Of a DNA stretch of 64,000 nt, positions 36,819-45,951 are shown in pieces. Position 1 is the first letter of the stretch, and the number at the start of each line of letters is the position of its first letter. Made by a program: the position numbers and the translations under genes. The DNA is from Vulcanimicrobiota bacterium (GTDB lineage Bacteria > Vulcanimicrobiota > Xenobia > Xenobiales > JADMJV01), in the NCBI GenBank assembly GCA_050250895.1, contig JBFWNU010000003.1, positions 797,137 through 861,136 of the forward strand, read 5' to 3'. Under the pieces are notes generated by a model. That model was not told where the DNA came from. It did no database searches and worked only from the letters and a program-made list of their open reading frames with translations.

Positions 36819-38264
36819 CTACACTGCCGCAGTCAACCGCTCGCTCAGCCACCTCTTGGCCAGTTCGAGATCGCGTGGCGTCAATTGGTGGGACGCCTCG
36901 ACCTCGTCGAGCTGCACCCGAGCGCCGGCCTGACGCAGAACCTCGGCCAATCGTCGTCCCGAATCGGGGGAAACGACCGTGTCGTGAGTGCCCACCACCA
37001 GCAGAACGTCGAGTCCTTCCAAGCTTTTGTCGGCAGCCTCGAGCGGCAGCATCGGCCTGAACAGCACAGCCCTTTTCAAGGCCTCGGGATGCAGCATCAA
37101 CGTGGCCGCGGCCAGGTTGGCGCCGTTGGAATACCCCACGGCCACGTGCTCATGGCCCCGGGTCCTGATCAATTCAGCCAACTCGCCGCTGCGGCGTTTG
37201 AGGTCTGCCTCGTCGAAGACGCCCGGCCTGAGTCGCTTGAAGAAGCGGGCCATGCCTTGCTCGTCGACGTTGCCTCGCAGGCTCAAGACCGCCGCCTCAG
37301 GGTCGAGTTGTTCAGCGATGCCCAAGAGGTCGAACTCGTCGCCGCCGGTGCCGTGAAGCAGCAGCAGGGTCGGTTGATTGCCCGGCTTGTGCAGGCTGCG
37401 GTAGGGCTCCTCGAGCGGTGGCAAGCGCTGCTCGAGCAGCTCGCGCAGGCGCTCGTGCTGGGGCGGAAGCATCAGGTTGGTGCCCAGTTCGTCGAGGCTT
37501 TCGTCGATGAGCATGCCCGGGGGATCGGTAGCTAGCTCGAAGAGCACCCCGCCCGGACCTCGGAAGTAGACCGAGTGGAAGTAGTTGCGGTCGACCACCG
37601 GCGTCACCTGGTAGCCAGCTTCGAGAAGCCGCTCGCGCCACCAGAGCTGAGCCTCGTCATCGGCCACGCGCAGAGCGATATGGTGCACCGAGCCCGCTCC
37701 GCCGCTGGCCCGCGGCAGGTCGGGAGCCTCGAGCACTTCGAGCTGAGTGGTCGAGTTCGCCAGTTGATAGCGGCTGCGAGCTCCTTCTTCGCCGAGCTTG
37801 GCGAACCCGAACAGCTCGAGCAGCTCGGCGGTGGGACCACTTTGCTGGACCCTCAAGGTGGCCGAACGGAAGGCTCCGAACGGCTCGCCCTCGCCTTGCA
37901 CGAGTTCATAGCGGATCCCGTCAGGGTCGTGAAACACCAGCACGCGCTCGCCAAAACGCGTCTCGAAGTGATGCGGGCCGACGCGGGTGACCCAATCGTC
38001 AAGCGATTCCGAGGTCTGATAGGTGATGGCCGAGACCTCGCCGTGGCCGGGACGAGTCGCTCGCGCCCCTTCGTAGGGGAAGAAGGTCAACAGCGTGCCC
38101 GGACTGCCGGTCTGGTCTCCGTAGTAGAGATGGTAGACGCTGGGGTCATCGAAGTTGACCGTCTTCTTCACCATCCGCAGACCCAGGGTCTGGGTGTGAA
38201 AACGGTAGTTCTGGTGGGCCAGTCCGGCCACCGCGGTGATGTGATGGATGCCTAAAATCTTCAT
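36819..38264 (-). CDS. Ring-cleaving dioxygenase (MhqO/MhqA-like) fused to a carboxylesterase (MhqD-like)
   Basis: GIHHITA, KKTVNFDDP, HHIALR and DRNYFHSVYF, then LLHGTGG and GYSNGA; AGGAG RBS. Confidence 0.9.
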   Translation of the reverse strand: MKILGIHHITAVAGLAHQNYRFHTQTLGLRMVKKTVNFDDPSVYHLYYGDQTGSPGTLLTFFPYEGARATRPGHGEVSAITYQTSESLDDWVTRVGPHHFETRFGERVLVFHDPDGIRYELVQGEGEPFGAFRSATLRVQQSGPTAELLELFGFAKLGEEGARSRYQLANSTTQLEVLEAPDLPRASGGAGSVHHIALRVADDEAQLWWRERLLEAGYQVTPVVDRNYFHSVYFRGPGGVLFELATDPPGMLIDESLDELGTNLMLPPQHERLRELLEQRLPPLEEPYRSLHKPGNQPTLLLLHGTGGDEFDLLGIAEQLDPEAAVLSLRGNVDEQGMARFFKRLRPGVFDEADLKRRSGELAELIRTRGHEHVAVGYSNGANLAAATLMLHPEALKRAVLFRPMLPLEAADKSLEGLDVLLVVGTHDTVVSPDSGRRLAEVLRQAGARVQLDEVEASHQLTPRDLELAKRWLSERLTAAV

Positions 38265-38286
38265 TGAGTTTCTCCTCGACATCATT

Positions 38287-38333
38287 TGTCTTGATGTCAA
38301 GATAATTTTAGGCGGTTTGATCCATCTTGTCAA
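38287..38333 (-). promoter_or_regulatory. sigma70 promoter with MhqR-type operator
   Basis: TTGACA(38333-38328)-N17-TAAAAT(38310-38305), followed directly by the palindrome TATCTTGACATCAAGACA (38304-38287). Confidence 0.8.
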
Positions 38334-38480
38334 TCCCGGGCCGGAACGCTATACTGGGCCGCAAGGGCGCGAAGGGGCGCCCGGCCCACGAAAGAGGACC
38401 TCACCCTTCAGCACCGGTTGGACATTACAAGAACTCAGTCGCCTGGCAGTGGGATATCGGCGAAACGAAGGAGTGTTGTA

Positions 38481-38984
38481 ATGAAGATCCGAGTTCCCAA
38501 TCTCGAAGAGTTCAAGATTCGAGCTTCGCTGTTGCTCAAAGCTCTCGACAGCGAAGACCCCGACAAGAAGGCCAGGGCGTGGGCGCGCTGGAGACGGCAT
38601 TTTGAAGTGCCCGAGCAACCTCGGCGCAAGCAGGCCCTCCAGGTCGTCGCCCTGGAGAACGGCTTCGCCAGTTGGGCCGAGCTAAAGTCTCATTTCGAGC
38701 CGCAGGTGGGCATCACACTGTGCCCCCGCGGGTCGGCCGGTTTTCTCAACGAGTGGCATAACTCGTACGACCAGGCCAGCGCGGCCCGCCAACGCAGCAA
38801 CGGCTATCTGTTGTTGCACGGACGCCATTTCTTCGTCTGTTCGCGCAGCTACATCGAGAGCGTGCTGGGGCTGGACCCTGACGACCCCGACTGGGACCGC
38901 ATGGGCAGAGACTGGGCCCGCCCTCGCGACCCGAAGGCTCGCGAGCGACTGGCCCAGTCCCTGCCGGCCAACTGCCGAGTCTAG
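38481..38984 (+). CDS. Conserved hypothetical protein
   Basis: AAGGAG RBS; LEEFKIRASLLLK...ALQVVALENGFASWAELK motif, as seen in glyoxalase-associated N-terminal modules. Confidence 0.7.
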   Translation: MKIRVPNLEEFKIRASLLLKALDSEDPDKKARAWARWRRHFEVPEQPRRKQALQVVALENGFASWAELKSHFEPQVGITLCPRGSAGFLNEWHNSYDQASAARQRSNGYLLLHGRHFFVCSRSYIESVLGLDPDDPDWDRMGRDWARPRDPKARERLAQSLPANCRV

Positions 38985-39892
38985 TCCTGGGTGTGGCGGG
39001 CGGCCATCTTGGCATCGGTGGCCGCCCACTCGGCCCGGATCATCCTGGCGAACTCGGCTCGGTTGAGGTCCTTCTGCTTGAGGAACTCGTCTTTGTCGAT
39101 CTCGCCCAGGGCGAAGGCCTTCACGGCCGGGTCTTTCCACGAGTTGGGTTCGGCCCCGGTCACCTTATGGATGGCTTTCTCCCACTTGCGGAAGAAGTCA
39201 ATCTTGCCGAGAGGCTTATTCCACATGCCGTTGACGATGCAGTAGTAATCGTCCCAGGGCATCTTGTGGTGGGCCTGGTGGTTGGGCTTGGGCTGGGCTA
39301 GTCCCACCTTTTGCAGGACCTTGGCGATGGCCGGAGGGTTGTCCATATGGGCCCACCGGTGAGAGCCTTGAGCCAGATAGGCGCCCTCGAGGAAGGCCAG
39401 CGAGAAGGCCGAGGCCAGCGGTCCCGGGTTTAACGCTGCCGTAGCCAGCAGCGGTACCCACATCACTTTCCCGGCCTCATGGAGGTTGGTCAGGTAAGAG
39501 GACTTCTCGAGGCTATGGATGTTGTGGTGGTGGGTTTGGAATTCATAGGCCAGGTTGCCGATGATGGGCGTGTCCTCGTTGGGATAGTTGTCGATGAAGT
39601 GGTGAAAGACTCCGCTGACCAGGTCGGCGCTGACGTAGCCGGCCACGGCCGCTCCCAGGGCCAGCGCCCCGGTGGCGACTTTGTTGCCCACTCCCGGCTG
39701 GCTAGCTACGTCCCGCACGATGTTGGCCGCGATGGCTACTCCCGAGCCGAGGCAGAGAGCGGCTGTGACCTTGTGCGAGAGGGGAGTCTTGACGCTCGTC
39801 TCGACACGATCTTCAGGCTCTTGGTCCGCCGCCGGCTTGGGCGCGGCGGTTCGGGCCGGGGTAGGCATTGGTTTGACGGGTGTGATAACCAT
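38981..39892 (-). CDS. TMEM189/CarF/FAD4-family lipid desaturase
   Basis: ADLVSGVFHHFIDNY, FQTHHH, SHRWAH, HQAHH and YCIVNGMWN; GGAGG RBS before the ATG at 39892. Confidence 0.9.
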   Translation of the reverse strand: MVITPVKPMPTPARTAAPKPAADQEPEDRVETSVKTPLSHKVTAALCLGSGVAIAANIVRDVASQPGVGNKVATGALALGAAVAGYVSADLVSGVFHHFIDNYPNEDTPIIGNLAYEFQTHHHNIHSLEKSSYLTNLHEAGKVMWVPLLATAALNPGPLASAFSLAFLEGAYLAQGSHRWAHMDNPPAIAKVLQKVGLAQPKPNHQAHHKMPWDDYYCIVNGMWNKPLGKIDFFRKWEKAIHKVTGAEPNSWKDPAVKAFALGEIDKDEFLKQKDLNRAEFARMIRAEWAATDAKMAARHTQD

Positions 39893-39961
39893 TTTCGTTC
39901 CTCCTGCTAATCTCTCTCGCATCATTATGCCGCAGGAGCCTTGGAGAAGCCTTGACCCGTT

Positions 39962-40088
39962 TCGGCCGTTCCGGCCGACAAGGAGCGAGGGCTTCGCCCT
40001 CGAGAGGGGAGCCCGGCTTCGCCCGGGGGATGGGAGCGGAGCAAAGCTCCGAGAGGGGAGCGAATTGAGCTCCTCCTCAATTCGAGGA
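39962..40088 (+). repeat. Hairpin array copy 3
   Basis: TCGGCCG-ttc-CGGCCGA caaggag CGAGGGC-ttc-GCCCTCG agaggggag CCCGG-cttcgc-CCGGG ggatgggag CGGAGC-aaa-GCTCCG agaggggag CGAATTGAG-N6-CTCAATTCG. Confidence 0.8.
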
Positions 40089-40150
40089 CGGGCGGCTGGG
40101 CGCGAGGTCTCTCGCCGAGAATCGGCTGGGATGGGGGGCCGGAGAGGGGT

Positions 40151-40462
40151 TTAGGCGGCCGACTCGAGCCACCAGCGCAGGCTGGCGGTCTCGGTCTGGT
40201 CATCGGGAAAGTGCAGTCCCACAACCTGGCCGCATCCGAAGAAGCTCTGTTGCCAGACCGGGACGGCGACGACGCTGAAGGTCTGTCCGTCGGGGGTCAT
40301 GACGTGGACGGCCTGGCGGGTTCGCAGGCGCACGGGGGACTCGACCAGCACGCGGGCGCCCGTGGCCGAGAGGTTGAGGGTCTTACCCTGCATGTGGCGC
40401 ATCAAGACCTGGCATTCCAGCGATTTTCTGGAATCGGCTCGGCGATTTTCGCAGCCTTTCAT
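40151..40462 (-). CDS. Stand-alone PilZ domain protein (c-di-GMP receptor)
   Basis: RRADSR (RxxxR) and NLSATG (D/NxSxxG) motifs; AAGGA RBS. Confidence 0.85.
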   Translation of the reverse strand: MKGCENRRADSRKSLECQVLMRHMQGKTLNLSATGARVLVESPVRLRTRQAVHVMTPDGQTFSVVAVPVWQQSFFGCGQVVGLHFPDDQTETASLRWWLESAA

Positions 40463-40538
40463 GCTTGTCCTTTCTTGTGTGCCACCTGCACTACTGACAG
40501 TAGCGCGAAGGGCTGAAAGAAACATGAAAGGGCTGGGA

Positions 40539-40718
40539 CTAGCGCGTTTCTTGGTGCAGGCTGACGGCCAGGCTCCAGGCCGAGCCGCAACGCATGGTCG
40601 GGGTGGTTACCGGTTTGGCCTGAGCGGGCCGGCTGGGCAGTTGGAACTTTTCGCTGGACTCGCTGGTCACGATGGGCCGGGGGGCGGGGGTGCAGGTATC
40701 TGCGAGTGAGGCTAGCAT
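40539..40718 (-). CDS. Small hypothetical protein (59 aa, absent from the ORF track)
   Basis: MLASLADTCTPAPRPIV...WSLAVSLHQETR*; GGAAGGA upstream; fills the tcdA-PilZ gap on the same strand. Confidence 0.4.
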   Translation of the reverse strand: MLASLADTCTPAPRPIVTSESSEKFQLPSRPAQAKPVTTPTMRCGSAWSLAVSLHQETR

Positions 40719-40797
40719 CGTGTGGATTCCTTCCAGATGAACTAGTCTCAGACTAACCGCTGGCTCTCGCCCAGGACTGACCGATGACCGGAAAATG

Positions 40798-41640
40798 TTA
40801 CGCGGTTGTGAACTTTGACAGGTGCTTGACCACCACGCTGGCGCAGGTCAGGCCAAAGGTGCCGGTCACGAAACCGGCCGTGCCATAGATGACGGCCCGC
40901 TGGTCGCAAGAGTGGAACTCGTTTTTGCCGCCCGGGCACACGCACTTGAAACCCTGCCCGTTGTCATAGGTCAACTCGCGCGGTTGAGCCGGTTCTTCGG
41001 TGGAGTAGACAGCCGGGATGCCGAACTTCTTCTTGCCCTCGGGAAAGCCGTATTGCTGGCGTAGGATCTTGCGGGTGTCGCGAGCCAGGGGATCGAGCTT
41101 GGTGCGGGCCAGATCCGTCACTGCGACGGCGGTGGGATCCATCCGGCCGGAGGCGCCGGTAGAGCAGACGACGGGTATACCGCGTTCGCGGCAGGTGGCC
41201 AGCAGATAGCACTTGGCCGTGATGTTGTCGATGGCGTCGACGATGTAGTCGGGCCTGGCCTCGAGAATGCGTTCGGAAGTGCGCTCGTTGTAGAAGAATT
41301 TGACCGCGTTGACCGTGGCCTGGGGGTTGATCAGGCGCAGGCGCTCGGCCAGGATGTCGACCTTGGGCTTGCCGATGGTGCCTTTCATGGCTTGCAGCTG
41401 ACGGTTGGAGTTGGTGATGCAGACCAGGTCGAAGTCGACCAGGTCGAGCGTGCCGATGCCACTGCGAGCCAGAGCTTCGGCCGCGAACGAGCCAACGCCG
41501 CCAAGGCCCACCACCATCACGCGGGCGTTGAGCAGGGCGGCCATTCCGTCATCACCGACCAGACGGCCGATGCGGTCAAATCGACGGTGGAGGCGATACT
41601 CGTCTTCCACCATCCCGAGGTTGTCTTGTGCCAGGGTCAT
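40798..41640 (-). CDS. tcdA: tRNA threonylcarbamoyladenosine dehydratase (ThiF/MoeB family)
   Basis: VVGLGGVGS, CITNSNRQ, VDAID, DPLAR..RK.LR and AVYSTE motifs. Confidence 0.88.
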   Translation of the reverse strand: MTLAQDNLGMVEDEYRLHRRFDRIGRLVGDDGMAALLNARVMVVGLGGVGSFAAEALARSGIGTLDLVDFDLVCITNSNRQLQAMKGTIGKPKVDILAERLRLINPQATVNAVKFFYNERTSERILEARPDYIVDAIDNITAKCYLLATCRERGIPVVCSTGASGRMDPTAVAVTDLARTKLDPLARDTRKILRQQYGFPEGKKKFGIPAVYSTEEPAQPRELTYDNGQGFKCVCPGGKNEFHSCDQRAVIYGTAGFVTGTFGLTCASVVVKHLSKFTTA

Positions 41641-41646
41641 GCGGCT

Positions 41647-42348
41647 TCATTTCGCGTCACTACAGGCGGGAGCCTTCAGCCGAAACAGCCTTCTGGCGTT
41701 CTGGGCGGTTTTGTGGGCTATCTCGGTGGGGGAGAGGTCGAACAGTTCGGCCAGACGTTCGGCGATCTTGCCCACCTCGGCCGGCTCGGCTAGCTGGCTG
41801 GGGGCATCGCTTTCGATGAGTAGCCGATCGAGGGGGACCTCGCGGGCGGCTCGGGCAGCCTTGTCATGGCGCAGCAGATTGCCGGCAAAGCCGATATAGA
41901 GACCGAGTTTAAGATAGTCGACCACCATCTCGGGCGAACTCGAGAAACTGTGGACCACACCCCCGGCGGTCGGCAGGCCGTCCTTCTTGAAAAGCTCGAG
42001 GGCCAGACCGTCGGATTTGACCAGATGCAGGATGACCGGAAGGTCGAGCTGCCGGGCCAGCGCCAGCTGGTCGCGCAAGGCCTGCTCCTGGTGCGGCTGA
42101 CCGCGCTGGCGGTCGAGGCCGATTTCACCAAGGGCCACCGCTCCTTGCAAGTGGTCCTCGAGTCGGTCGAGGGCCCCTGACTGCCAGGGGTGCAGGCCGA
42201 AAGCCAGGTGGGCTCGGCCGCGAAAGGCCTCTTGGGCTTGCCATCCCGAGGGCGAAAACCCCACGGCGACCACTTCGATGCCGCGCTCCCGGGCTCGCTC
42301 GAGACTGCCGGCTGGGCATTGCTCGAGGTGGCAGTGACTATCGATCAA
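41647..42348 (-). CDS. tatD: TatD family DNase
   Basis: IDSHCHL, GLHPW, GEIGLD, VVHSFS and LLIESDAP motifs. Confidence 0.9.
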   Translation of the reverse strand: MIDSHCHLEQCPAGSLERARERGIEVVAVGFSPSGWQAQEAFRGRAHLAFGLHPWQSGALDRLEDHLQGAVALGEIGLDRQRGQPHQEQALRDQLALARQLDLPVILHLVKSDGLALELFKKDGLPTAGGVVHSFSSSPEMVVDYLKLGLYIGFAGNLLRHDKAARAAREVPLDRLLIESDAPSQLAEPAEVGKIAERLAELFDLSPTEIAHKTAQNARRLFRLKAPACSDAK

Positions 42349-43822
42349 GGACTTCGGCCGGGGTGCGACCCAACATCGAGAGAGTGGCCGAGACGACCGT
42401 TCCGAAGACGATAAACCAGGGCCACGCCAGCGAGGTCGTGCGAGCGATGGTAAAGACCACCAGGGTGCTCACGATGGCGGCCACCAGATTGGTGCGGTCG
42501 TTGCCTGCCACCTTGCTGAACAGGGCCACCAGAAAGATGCCCAGCAGCCCGCCATAGAAAAAGGTCATCACGCCCAGGGCCAGGCTGAGCAGGTCGGTCT
42601 CGGGGTTCGCTTTCATGTATTCGGCCGTCAACAAAGCGAAGCCGGCCAACAGGATACCGATCACGAAGGTGGCGTGGCGCGAAGCGAGCAGATAGGCCTC
42701 GGGGGCCAGGTCCGGCTTGTGACGGCGATAGAAGTCGTTGATGTAGGTTGCCGTCATGGCGTTGAGGGCCGACGAAAGGCTCGACATGGCGGCGGCCAGC
42801 ACGCCGGCCACCACCAGGCCCAAGACCCCGCTGGGCAGGATCTCGAGAGCGTAGAACAGCAGCACGTGGCCGTTCTTGCCTGCCTCGCGCAGTTCGGCGG
42901 CCTTGAGCGCGAGAGGAGCGTCGGCCGGCTGTTGCGAGAGGTAGATAAAGAGCAGCATTCCCACACCCATGAAGGTAATGGTGACCATGAGGCCGAGAAA
43001 TCCACTCAACCACATCGAGCGGCGACTGCCTTCGTCGGTCTTGCAAGTGAGCAAGCGCTGCACCATGTCGTGATCGGTGCCGTGGGTAGCCATCGTCAGG
43101 AAGAATCCCCCGATGACGGCCGTCATCACGTGGTAGGCGTTGGTTAGCGGCGAGCCGTCGAAGTTGAAGAGGCGAAACTTTTGGGCCTGGTCGAGTTGCT
43201 GAAAGATGTCGCCAGAGGAACCTTCGATGCCAAACCACAGGGTCAACAACAAGGTCAGCCCGGACCCAACCAGCACCACCGCCTGGGCCACGTCGGTGTA
43301 GATGACCGCTTTGATTCCGCCCGCATAAGTGTAAAGGATGGTAACGGCGGCCAGGATCAAGACCGCTTTGGCGATGGAGAGGCCGGTCACCACTTCGATG
43401 GTGATGGCCGCGATAAAGAGTCGGGAGCCGTCGGCGAACACGCGTCCGAACAAGAACAGCCCGGCCGTGATGGTGTTGGTGCCGGGGCCGAAGCGCGAGC
43501 GCAAGAATTCGTAGATGGTAGTGACCTGGGCTTTGTAGAAGGCTCCGATGAAGACGCTGGCTAGCAAGAACCGGGCCGCGATCGTGCCGATGGAGAATTG
43601 GAGGTAGCTCAGATCGCGGATATAGCCCTGCTCGGGGGCGCCCAGAAAGGTGGCGGCGCTGATTTCGGTGGCCACCAGCGAGAGCAAGGCGGCCCACCAG
43701 GGGATGGACCTGCCGCCTAGCAGAAAATCGTCGGTGTCATGCTGGTCTCGGCCGGCCCACATTCCCACCGCGGCCATGCCGCCGAGATAGACAACCAGCA
43801 CCACCCAGTCGAGGCTAGCCAT
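42338..43822 (-). CDS. Sodium:solute symporter (SSS family)
   Basis: FLLGGRSIPW, ATEISAATFLG, GGIKAVIYTD and AAAMSSLSS motifs. Confidence 0.93.
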   Translation of the reverse strand: MASLDWVVLVVYLGGMAAVGMWAGRDQHDTDDFLLGGRSIPWWAALLSLVATEISAATFLGAPEQGYIRDLSYLQFSIGTIAARFLLASVFIGAFYKAQVTTIYEFLRSRFGPGTNTITAGLFLFGRVFADGSRLFIAAITIEVVTGLSIAKAVLILAAVTILYTYAGGIKAVIYTDVAQAVVLVGSGLTLLLTLWFGIEGSSGDIFQQLDQAQKFRLFNFDGSPLTNAYHVMTAVIGGFFLTMATHGTDHDMVQRLLTCKTDEGSRRSMWLSGFLGLMVTITFMGVGMLLFIYLSQQPADAPLALKAAELREAGKNGHVLLFYALEILPSGVLGLVVAGVLAAAMSSLSSALNAMTATYINDFYRRHKPDLAPEAYLLASRHATFVIGILLAGFALLTAEYMKANPETDLLSLALGVMTFFYGGLLGIFLVALFSKVAGNDRTNLVAAIVSTLVVFTIARTTSLAWPWFIVFGTVVSATLSMLGRTPAEVLDR

Positions 43823-44192
43823 CGACCAGCCCTCCCAGGAAGGGATAGAGATACTCTTCCCCCCGAGCGGCGGCGGCCGCTCCACTGAAGGTCGGCACCG
43901 CCAACACGATCAAGACCAAGGAACCGACCACGACCAACAACAGCACCACGGCATGTAGCATGAAGGCCGAGAATTGGTTGCGCAGGAGATAGACTATTCC
44001 CCCGGCCAGGGCTAAAAAGACAGCTACGGCCGCCTGGTAGGCGGCGGCCTGGCGAGCGTGGTCGGCTACGAAGTCCGACTCGTCGTGCTTCCAGAAATAG
44101 AAAACCAGCGGCAGCCAGCAGGTGGTGATGAGGGGCAGGTAGGCTAGATGGGCCAGCCCGGCGATCCAACGCTCGGAACTTTCGGTCTGCAC
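43815..44192 (-). CDS. DUF4870 membrane protein
   Basis: ERWIAGLAH, FVADHARQA and GEEYLYP motifs; 3 TM helices. Confidence 0.85.
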   Translation of the reverse strand: MQTESSERWIAGLAHLAYLPLITTCWLPLVFYFWKHDESDFVADHARQAAAYQAAVAVFLALAGGIVYLLRNQFSAFMLHAVVLLLVVVGSLVLIVLAVPTFSGAAAAARGEEYLYPFLGGLVDG

Positions 44193-44193
44193 C

Positions 44194-45060
44194 TTAAAGG
44201 GTGAGGTGACTGCCGTCGAGATTCCAGCCGCGGCCGTCGTAGACCACGATGTAGTGGCCGGAGATGTTTTTGACCTGGTCTTTCTCGATGACGGCCAGTT
44301 CGACCGAGACGCGAGCGGTGTTGGCGTCGAGGGCTTTGATGCCAACCAGGCGGCAGTCGACCTGCTGAACCGGGGCGTAGCCGCGCTCGAAAGCGTTCTG
44401 GCTCAGCTCGCGCTTCCAGTCCGAGGAAAGACGTCCGTAGGCGGCGCTGTAGGCGCGGGCGTTGACGGCCCGGTAGAAGTCCACCACTGATTGACCGGCG
44501 TCGCCGAGGCGACCGGTGGGCGGAGTCGAATTGGCCGAAGCCTGTTTGATGGAAAGTCCGAGAGTGATGCCGCCGAAGAAGAGCACGCTCAACATCGCTA
44601 CCGTGGCTACCGAGAGCACGGCTTTGCGGAGCATTTCGCCGGCGGCGGGCAGGGCGGTCTGGCGGCCCCAGCCGACGACGTTGGAGCTTTCTTCTACGAG
44701 CCAGCCAAAGAATTCGCGAGAGAAGTCGAGGGAGCCCTGGGCCAGGTGCTGCATCCGGAAGCCGAAGGTGGGAACCGGGGAGAGCCGCGAGTTGGCCAGC
44801 TGTTGCAGGGCTTGAATCTGCTCGACCGAGAGGGCCTCGGTGGCGCTGGTGACGATTTCGCTGGCGTCGTCGACCGGCTCTTCGGCCATCAGGGCGGCGA
44901 CAGGGGCTTCTTCGACATCGATGTCGTCAGCCTCTTCGCCGGTCTCTTCACAGCCGGACACGAAACGGTGACGTTTGAGGCTGATCGCGTGAGCAAAGGT
45001 GCGGCCGCAGCTGCACACGTGCTTCTTCTTCAACCTTCTTCTCACCGTTGCCGTCGCCAT
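44194..45060 (-). CDS. Bitopic membrane protein with N-terminal C2H2/C2HC-like zinc finger and external NTF2-like domain
   Basis: HVCSCGRTFAHAISLKRHRFVSGC; one TM helix; VVDFYRAVN..AY..LS C-terminal domain; TAGTAT-N6-ATG start. Confidence 0.7.
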   Translation of the reverse strand: MATATVRRRLKKKHVCSCGRTFAHAISLKRHRFVSGCEETGEEADDIDVEEAPVAALMAEEPVDDASEIVTSATEALSVEQIQALQQLANSRLSPVPTFGFRMQHLAQGSLDFSREFFGWLVEESSNVVGWGRQTALPAAGEMLRKAVLSVATVAMLSVLFFGGITLGLSIKQASANSTPPTGRLGDAGQSVVDFYRAVNARAYSAAYGRLSSDWKRELSQNAFERGYAPVQQVDCRLVGIKALDANTARVSVELAVIEKDQVKNISGHYIVVYDGRGWNLDGSHLTL

Positions 45061-45182
45061 AGGATGATACTATTGTTCGCCACTGAAAAACTCTTGAAAA
45101 TTTTGTTACCAGGCCGCGGATCCGCCATGAAGAAAGAACCCTTATGAACAAACGTTCGGCGAGGGGCTTTGTGGCGGTCTGG

Positions 45183-45872
45183 CTAGCGACCCAGCATCGC
45201 GGCGGTGGCCTGCCAGCCGCAGTTCATGAGGGCGTCGAGAATGGATAACCCGGGCACGAAGATGCTGTTGCCGATCTGGTCATACCGGGTCGGTCGGTAA
45301 TTCTGAAAGCGCAGTTCCAGGCCCCGCTGGGCGAAACTCTCAGGCAGTAGATGGCTCGAATTACCCCCGGCCAGATAGACCTCCCCCCCCAGGGCCTCGG
45401 TCACCTGGAGCAACAGGTCGGCGCCCTCGCCCTCGATTCCCAGTCGAGACATGGCCACGATTTCGGTTTCCAATCCGAGTTTGTGGCACAGCTCGTAGAT
45501 GATCTGGCCGTTGAGTCGGGTCAGGCTTTCGCTGGGGTGCCGAAGAACTTGCTCGACAAAGGGCTGGACCTTATGAAAGTGACGACACTTGGCATAGTGG
45601 GTTTTCAGCGTGCGGAGCAACCGCTCGCGCCAGCGCTGGGTCTCGTCCAGGCGAAGCTCAGCCTGGGTGGGGGCCCCGGGGTTGAGCATCGGAGTCGTAA
45701 CCCACCTGGGTTGCCCGTCCTGTAGCAGGCGGACACGGTTGAGCCAGCTCGCTGGCGGGGGCGTGGGGGCCGAATCCCAGACCACGTATACCTGGCTACG
45801 GGCGATTTTGTCAAAAAGTCCCAGCCAGGGAAAGAAATTGGGTTGGTGGATGGAAACTATACGATCAGGCAT
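45183..45872 (-). CDS. WbqC-like protein
   Basis: IHQPNFFPWLG, WLNR, YLAG and LSILDALMN motifs. Confidence 0.9.
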   Translation of the reverse strand: MPDRIVSIHQPNFFPWLGLFDKIARSQVYVVWDSAPTPPPASWLNRVRLLQDGQPRWVTTPMLNPGAPTQAELRLDETQRWRERLLRTLKTHYAKCRHFHKVQPFVEQVLRHPSESLTRLNGQIIYELCHKLGLETEIVAMSRLGIEGEGADLLLQVTEALGGEVYLAGGNSSHLLPESFAQRGLELRFQNYRPTRYDQIGNSIFVPGLSILDALMNCGWQATAAMLGR

Positions 45873-45951
45873 CGAACAAGCGGGGCTTTCGTTCTACGGT
45901 CAACTGACTCCCCCAGGTTGACCGCAGGGCAAAATGGGGTATGGTGTCAGA

